Assembly (NCBI GenBank): GCA_964526305.1
Contig: CAZGKV010000022.1
Span: 41,550-52,060 of the forward strand
DNA: 10,511 bases
Source of the DNA: an uncultured Planctomycetales bacterium
GTDB lineage: Bacteria; Planctomycetota; MHYJ01; JACPRB01
Reading direction: 5' to 3'
In this document: positions 7,801-10,511 of the stretch, piece by piece
Numbering within the stretch: position 1 is the first letter of the stretch
Layout of the letters: every line of letters begins with the position of its first letter
The notes under the pieces: generated by a model
The model's database searches: none
What the model was told of the DNA's origin: nothing
What the model saw: the letters and a program-made list of their open reading frames with translations, nothing else
Program-made: the position numbers and the translations under genes

Positions 7801-8133
7801 CCCTCGGGAACGGCACAGTACGGGAGCGAAGGCGTCGTCGATCCCGTGACCCTGGGAACGTCGGTATCCGCCGGCGACGTAACGGCTCGATATGTGTGGC
7901 TGCGGGTTCTTTTAGACGATACCTCGAGCGCGGCCGTGAATCCGGACGCGTCGAACGTCCGGGACGTCACCGACGTTCAGGTGGGATACGGCGTGGTCCC
8001 CAGCCCGGACCCGATTCCGGCCCCGACCGGAACGCGCAACAGCGAGAAGACCTTCCATCTCGGCCGATGCGGGCTTCTGGGAATGGAAGCCCTTTTCCTC
8101 CTGGGATTCCTATGGATTCGGCGCCGCTCCTAG
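4840..8133 (+). CDS. Large secreted Kelch-repeat (beta-propeller) protein, 1097 aa, with N-terminal signal peptide and C-terminal Cys-Gly/hydrophobic/Arg-cluster sorting-signal-like tail
   Basis: GTG start at 4840 with GGGAG 8 nt upstream. The N-terminus MRCRSLGVILGGGAVVVLTLF looks like a signal peptide. Residues ~290-945 hold 13 tandem ~47-50-aa repeats with the Kelch-like consensus GHTSVAYNGYLYVIGGYDGS..L.DVQVAPINSDGTLG.WS.TT.F.T.R. A ~110-aa non-repeat domain follows. The protein ends ...TFHLGRCGLLGMEALFLLGFLWIRRRS* (stop TAG 8131-8133). Confidence 0.85.
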   Translation: MRCRSLGVILGGGAVVVLTLFRNGTPNPVLSSRGCSAPEVDRAIEKLELRGEVPPEEMRFEATKERYLFQAAFTASFSRDSAQVRVEGPDSAYPLEVSSVSSDFHPAELGAGTIRYRHREAALSALYRPTSSGVKEDIVVLSPETDLAPLLQWRLALKPGSEPRLESDGSIGIYGPHETLSGNIKIGDEKTAYLIAKAREHSPKSRLLYRFPAPVLVDAAGTKHANLARYELWRDCLVVRTEEAIRDLEYPISIDPTIVVSTTSEFNSIGNLEGMVSTAGDRVTRSPASTGRVGTWVGTTAFTTGRYGHTSVAHNGFLYVIGGYNNGTYLDNVQVAPINSNGTLGGWVVTTSLPMTIWGHTSVAWNGYLYVIGGYDGSMRRAEVQVAPINSDGTLGTWSTTTALGTARYRHTSVAYNGYLYVLGGDSGSNLNDVQVAAINADGTLGGWSATASFATVRWGHTSAAYNGYLYVIGGYDGSTYRYDVQSAPINANGTVGTWSGTTGFTTGRRAFSSVANNGFLYVIGGYQGSSPLADVQVAPINAGGAVGAWTPTTSFPSPRYSHSSVAHNGYLYVIGGFDGGYRNDIQVAPINSNGTVGSWTSTQAFTTAREGHRSVVHNGFLYVVGGSPATSSYLNDVQYSLIGVHGTVGSWSSMNSFTGTRFRHTSVAYNSYLYVIGGSDGTAKADVQVARLNEDGTVGSWSTTTALGTARYGHTSVAEKGKLYVIGGTGMSDLNDVQVAPINSDGTLGGWSSTTGFSTARYGHASAVYNGYLYVIGGFGSAYLDDVQVARINSDGSLGPWSTTTAFTTARVGHKSVVYNGYLYVIGGENGSNLGDVQFAALNADGTVGTWSTTMGYPMTSYGHAVVAQDGYLYLLGGNNSASQKDVKVAPINSEGALGCWTSINAFSSARYGHGAVSYNGFLYVVGGYDGTSYFNDVQSTTLWTPAARGYYSRQIDLGSDQPVNTILINGTSGLRGTVRLQYRLAPSGTAQYGSEGVVDPVTLGTSVSAGDVTARYVWLRVLLDDTSSAAVNPDASNVRDVTDVQVGYGVVPSPDPIPAPTGTRNSEKTFHLGRCGLLGMEALFLLGFLWIRRRS
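5716..7670 (+). repeat. Intragenic tandem array of 13 Kelch-repeat-encoding units, period ~141-150 bp (approximate bounds)
   Basis: Units share strings at the DNA level (e.g. tacaacggctatctctatgtgatcgggggata / gtgcaggtggcgccgatcaactccgatgggac recurring with small substitutions). Thirteen YV[IVL]GG cores were counted. The opposite-strand 638-aa ORF (5791..7707) is a shadow of this array. Confidence 0.8.
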
Positions 8134-9464
8134 AGCCGATCGACGTCCCCGCGGTCTTGAAGGCAGCCACGCTCTTCGCCGGATTGGCGCCGGAGGACTT
8201 GGACCGAATCGCGGCCGTCACGCAGGTGCGCCGGTTCGATGGGGACGAGGCCGTCTTTTCCGAAGGAGATCCTGCTACCTGCATGTACGTGATCGCCCAA
8301 GGGCGCGTGAGCATCGTCCGGAACGCCGCGGACGGCCAGGTCGTGAGACTGGCGATGCTCCGGATCGGGGACTTCTTCGGCGAGATGGCGATCGTGGAGT
8401 CGATGACTCGATCGGCCACGGCTCGGGCCCATCGAAAACCCGCGCTTCTCCTGGAGGTGGATCGGGGGCGCTTTCGCGAACTCCTCGGCGCGAATCCGGA
8501 CCTCTCCCTGCGCATCCTGGCTTGCGTGCTCGAGCGGCTCCGCCAGTCGAACAAGCGTGTGGTGGAAGTGGACCACGAGGCGCGGAAGTACGCCCCGACG
8601 CTTTCGGAGCGGGTCACTCGGGAATATCCGCATCCGATCGCCGTGGTCTTCCGCGAGATGGAGACGGCGGTCGACTCCTTGACCAAGCTCCAGCGGCTCT
8701 TCGAGACGATGGAGTCTTGCCTCCTCTATCTCCGGGCCGTCTGCATGGGGCTGTATCTTCGACAATCACCCGGCGCGCGGGAGTTGGATGCCGAGATCGG
8801 TTCCTCCCGCTTCGCTCCCACGCTGGGGGCTCTTCACCTCCTTGTGGGGCGCTTCCTCGATCACTTCGACAAGGGGGGTATGCCGGGGCTTCCTCAGAAG
8901 CTCCATGCGTGGTACTCGGCGAAGGAGCGGGACGCCAAGGACGTCGAGGGCATCCTGCGCGATCTCCGAAACGCCCGGAATCTTCTCAAGCACGGGTCGG
9001 AAGCCTCGCTCGACGAGCACGCGGCGGAGAAAGTTCTGGGGGAATGCGCGCCGAAGTTTCGTGACCTCCTCGAGTCGCTCTCTTTTCTACGCGACTACCC
9101 GCTCGTGTACATCCAGGGCATGGCGTACGGAGGAGGGATCTTCCGGTACACGGTGCTGAATTGCATGGGCGCGTTCCGCAGTTTTCATAGCGCGCGAATC
9201 GAAAGCGACAAGCCGTTCGAGACGGAGAAGCTCTATGTCCGGGATGGGGACGATCTTGTGCCGCTCACGCCTTGGATGGAGCTGCTCCGATGCGGGACGT
9301 GCGGGGATCGCGAGGCGGTGTTGATCCAGGTCTGGACACCGCAGGTTCTAAAGTATCTCGAATTCGCGCGCGGGCATCGTACGGAGATCAAGGAAGTGAG
9401 TCCCGCCGTGGCCAAAACCGTGACGCGATTTGTAGAAGCGGCGGAAGAAAAAGGGCGGGGCTAG
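8112..9464 (+). CDS. Cyclic-nucleotide-binding (cNMP/CAP-effector-type) domain protein with an uncharacterised ~300-aa C-terminal domain containing an R-N-x3-H (HEPN-like) motif; 450 aa
   Basis: The first ATG of the frame after the Kelch gene is at 8112 (MDSAPLLEPIDVPAVLKAATLFAGL...). It overlaps the Kelch CDS by 22 nt. TTG at 8157 is a non-overlapping alternative start. The part of the 7092..9464 ORF upstream of 8112 lies out of frame inside the Kelch gene and is rejected. Residues ~15-140 (LFAGLAPEDLDRIAAVTQVRRFDGDEAVFSEGDPATCMYVIAQGRVSIVR...IGDFFGEMAIVES..RSATARA) form a canonical cNMP-binding beta-barrel including the FGEMA(L/I) phosphate-binding-cassette-like segment. The C-terminal region is mostly helical and contains ...ILRDLRNARNLLKHGSEA... 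(R-N-x-x-x-H at 8976-8993). The stop is TAG at 9462-9464. Confidence 0.8.
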   Translation: MDSAPLLEPIDVPAVLKAATLFAGLAPEDLDRIAAVTQVRRFDGDEAVFSEGDPATCMYVIAQGRVSIVRNAADGQVVRLAMLRIGDFFGEMAIVESMTRSATARAHRKPALLLEVDRGRFRELLGANPDLSLRILACVLERLRQSNKRVVEVDHEARKYAPTLSERVTREYPHPIAVVFREMETAVDSLTKLQRLFETMESCLLYLRAVCMGLYLRQSPGARELDAEIGSSRFAPTLGALHLLVGRFLDHFDKGGMPGLPQKLHAWYSAKERDAKDVEGILRDLRNARNLLKHGSEASLDEHAAEKVLGECAPKFRDLLESLSFLRDYPLVYIQGMAYGGGIFRYTVLNCMGAFRSFHSARIESDKPFETEKLYVRDGDDLVPLTPWMELLRCGTCGDREAVLIQVWTPQVLKYLEFARGHRTEIKEVSPAVAKTVTRFVEAAEEKGRG

Positions 9465-9634
9465 GAACGGGCCGGGGTTTAACCGACCCATGCGGCAATT
9501 TTAAGTCACCGCAATCGCCTTTACGATGGCTACCTATCCCCGCCCAAGATTTCGGCGGCGACTGAACTCTATCTCACTTCCTCCACTTGTCAAGGCGTCT
9601 CTTCCATTGCTTGAGGCCACCCTAGTTCTCACAA

Positions 9635-9663
9635 GAATTCGGACTGGGAGAAACCCCGAATTC
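9635..9663 (+). promoter_or_regulatory. 29-bp dyad-symmetric element (GAATTCGG-N13-CCGAATTC) abutting a TATACT -10-like hexamer upstream of the secreted-protein gene; candidate operator or RNA hairpin
   Basis: gaattcgg (9635-9642), a 13-nt spacer, then ccgaattc (9656-9663) form an 8-bp perfect inverted repeat. The hexamer TATACT follows immediately at 9665-9670, about 34 bp upstream of the ATG at 9704, inside a 240-bp intergenic region that is visibly less GC-rich. Confidence 0.4.
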
Positions 9664-9703
9664 CACTATACTCACGGCCTTCCCTTTCTTGAGAGGAGAG
9701 CCG

Positions 9704-10354
9704 ATGAGGACGCTCGCGCTGGCGGTCATATCCCTGGCGATGCAAGACGAGAAGAAATTCACCGACACATTCCCAGTCGCGGCGGACGAGTGGTCCAGCA
9801 CCGGTTCGAATCCCTACTTCGTTTTGGAGGAAGGCCACACCTTGACCCTCGAGGGAGGAAAGGGGGTACTCACGGTCACGGTGCTCGGCGAGACGAAAAA
9901 GGTCGATGGAGTGGAGACCCGGATCGTGGAAGAGCGGGAGACCGAGGGGGGCGAGCTGAAAGAAGTCTCGCGCAATTACTTCGCGATCTCGCGGAAAACG
10001 TCGAGCGTCTACTACTTCGGCGAAGACGTCGACATCTACGAAAGGGGGACGGTCGTCGGACACGACGGCTCTTGGCTTTCGGGCGAGAAGGGCGCGAGGT
10101 TCGGCCTCATGATGCCCGGCACGCCTCTCTTGGGCGCACGGTATTACCAAGAAATCGCCCCCCGGGTGGCCATGGATCGCGCCGAGATCGTGAGTCTCGA
10201 GGAGAAGTTCGACGGGAAGTTCGAAAGGTGCCTGAAGATCGAAGAATCCTCGCCGCTGGAGAAGGGAAAGCAGTACAAGCTCTACGCTCCTGGGGTGGGG
10301 CTGGTGCAGGACGGGGAGCTGAAGCTGACCCGGGTTACGCGAGCCCGGAAATAG
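9704..10354 (+). CDS. Secreted hypothetical protein (216 aa) with N-terminal signal peptide
   Basis: ATG at 9704 follows GAGAGGAGAG (9691-9700) with 3-nt spacing. The listed 9689 start is a TTG five codons upstream that overlaps the SD. MRTLALAVISLA-MQ is a typical signal peptide with a Ser-Leu-Ala cleavage motif and no lipobox Cys. The mature protein is mixed beta/charged with no recognisable family. The stop is TAG at 10352-10354. Confidence 0.65.
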   Translation: MRTLALAVISLAMQDEKKFTDTFPVAADEWSSTGSNPYFVLEEGHTLTLEGGKGVLTVTVLGETKKVDGVETRIVEERETEGGELKEVSRNYFAISRKTSSVYYFGEDVDIYERGTVVGHDGSWLSGEKGARFGLMMPGTPLLGARYYQEIAPRVAMDRAEIVSLEEKFDGKFERCLKIEESSPLEKGKQYKLYAPGVGLVQDGELKLTRVTRARK

Positions 10355-10429
10355 CCCCCGGTCAAACGGCGAGCGCGAAATGCGATAGTGGGTCTATAGG
10401 CTGTATACTTCATGCACCCTAGAGGACCC

Positions 10430-10511
10430 GTGAAAGACACCACCGCCCCCCTGCTGCAGCTCCCAGGACCGAGCTTGTCCCGCGAATTGTTGAAACGACT
10501 GGAAGATTCCC
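10430..10511 (+). CDS. Possible 5' end of a further gene (GTG start) running off the window
   Basis: AGAGGA (10421-10426) lies 3 nt before GTG at 10430. The frame is open to the window end (VKDTTAPLLQLPGPSLSRELLKRLEDS...). It is too short to assess and is not in the ORF track. Confidence 0.15.
   Translation, partial: MKDTTAPLLQLPGPSLSRELLKRLEDS

Noticed and set aside
7092-8111. Upstream portion of the 790-aa ORF 7092..9464
   Set aside because: This stretch lies inside the Kelch gene in a different frame and is translated as Arg/Cys-rich nonsense. The real gene is taken to begin at ATG 8112, where cNMP-domain similarity starts.
9803-9813. GGTTCGAATCC, the classic tRNA T-loop consensus
   Set aside because: The flanking 5-nt segments (accgg / cccta) cannot form a T-stem. 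There is no acceptor stem or CCA context. The string simply encodes T-G-S-N-P inside the secreted-protein CDS.
9526-10422. 298-aa + strand ORF overlapping the secreted-protein gene
   Set aside because: The frame differs from the SD-preceded, signal-peptide-bearing ORF, and the translation is Arg/Gly low-complexity (RRRRRHLRKGDGRRTRR...).
1-10511. Mobile elements, CRISPR arrays, rRNA/tRNA genes
   Set aside because: I found no terminal inverted repeats flanking a transposase-like ORF, no integrase/recombinase-like translation, and no regularly spaced short direct repeats. The only repeats are the in-frame Kelch units. Nothing resembles a structured RNA gene.

Overview
The window is GC-rich bacterial DNA with seven supportable protein-coding genes and no rRNA, tRNA, CRISPR or transposase signatures. 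Several long ORFs in the six-frame track are antisense or frame-shifted shadows of the real genes, as expected at this GC content. From 5' to 3' the genes are: (1) the 3' part of a PotD/PotF-family polyamine ABC-transporter binding protein (+, cut by the window edge); (2) a full-length homolog of the eukaryotic major vault protein (MVP) on the minus strand, 721 aa from a Shine-Dalgarno-supported ATG; (3) a DoxX-family membrane protein (-) directly upstream of the MVP gene; (4) a small 7-bladed WD40 beta-propeller protein (+) whose ribosome-binding site and start codon sit inside a perfect 11-bp hairpin; (5) a 1097-aa secreted protein with 13 tandem Kelch-type repeats and a Cys-Gly/hydrophobic/RRRS C-terminal tail resembling a PEP-CTERM/MYXO-CTERM-like sorting signal; (6) a 450-aa protein that overlaps the end of gene 5 by 22 nt, with an N-terminal cyclic-nucleotide-binding domain and an uncharacterised ~300-aa C-terminal region containing an R-N-x3-H (HEPN-like) motif; (7) a 216-aa secreted protein of unknown function preceded by a 29-bp dyad-symmetric element. 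The two features most worth follow-up are the bacterial vault-protein homolog and the WD40 / Kelch / cNMP-sensor gene cluster, which looks like a candidate signalling or effector module. No cyclase or other signal-generating enzyme is visible in this window.
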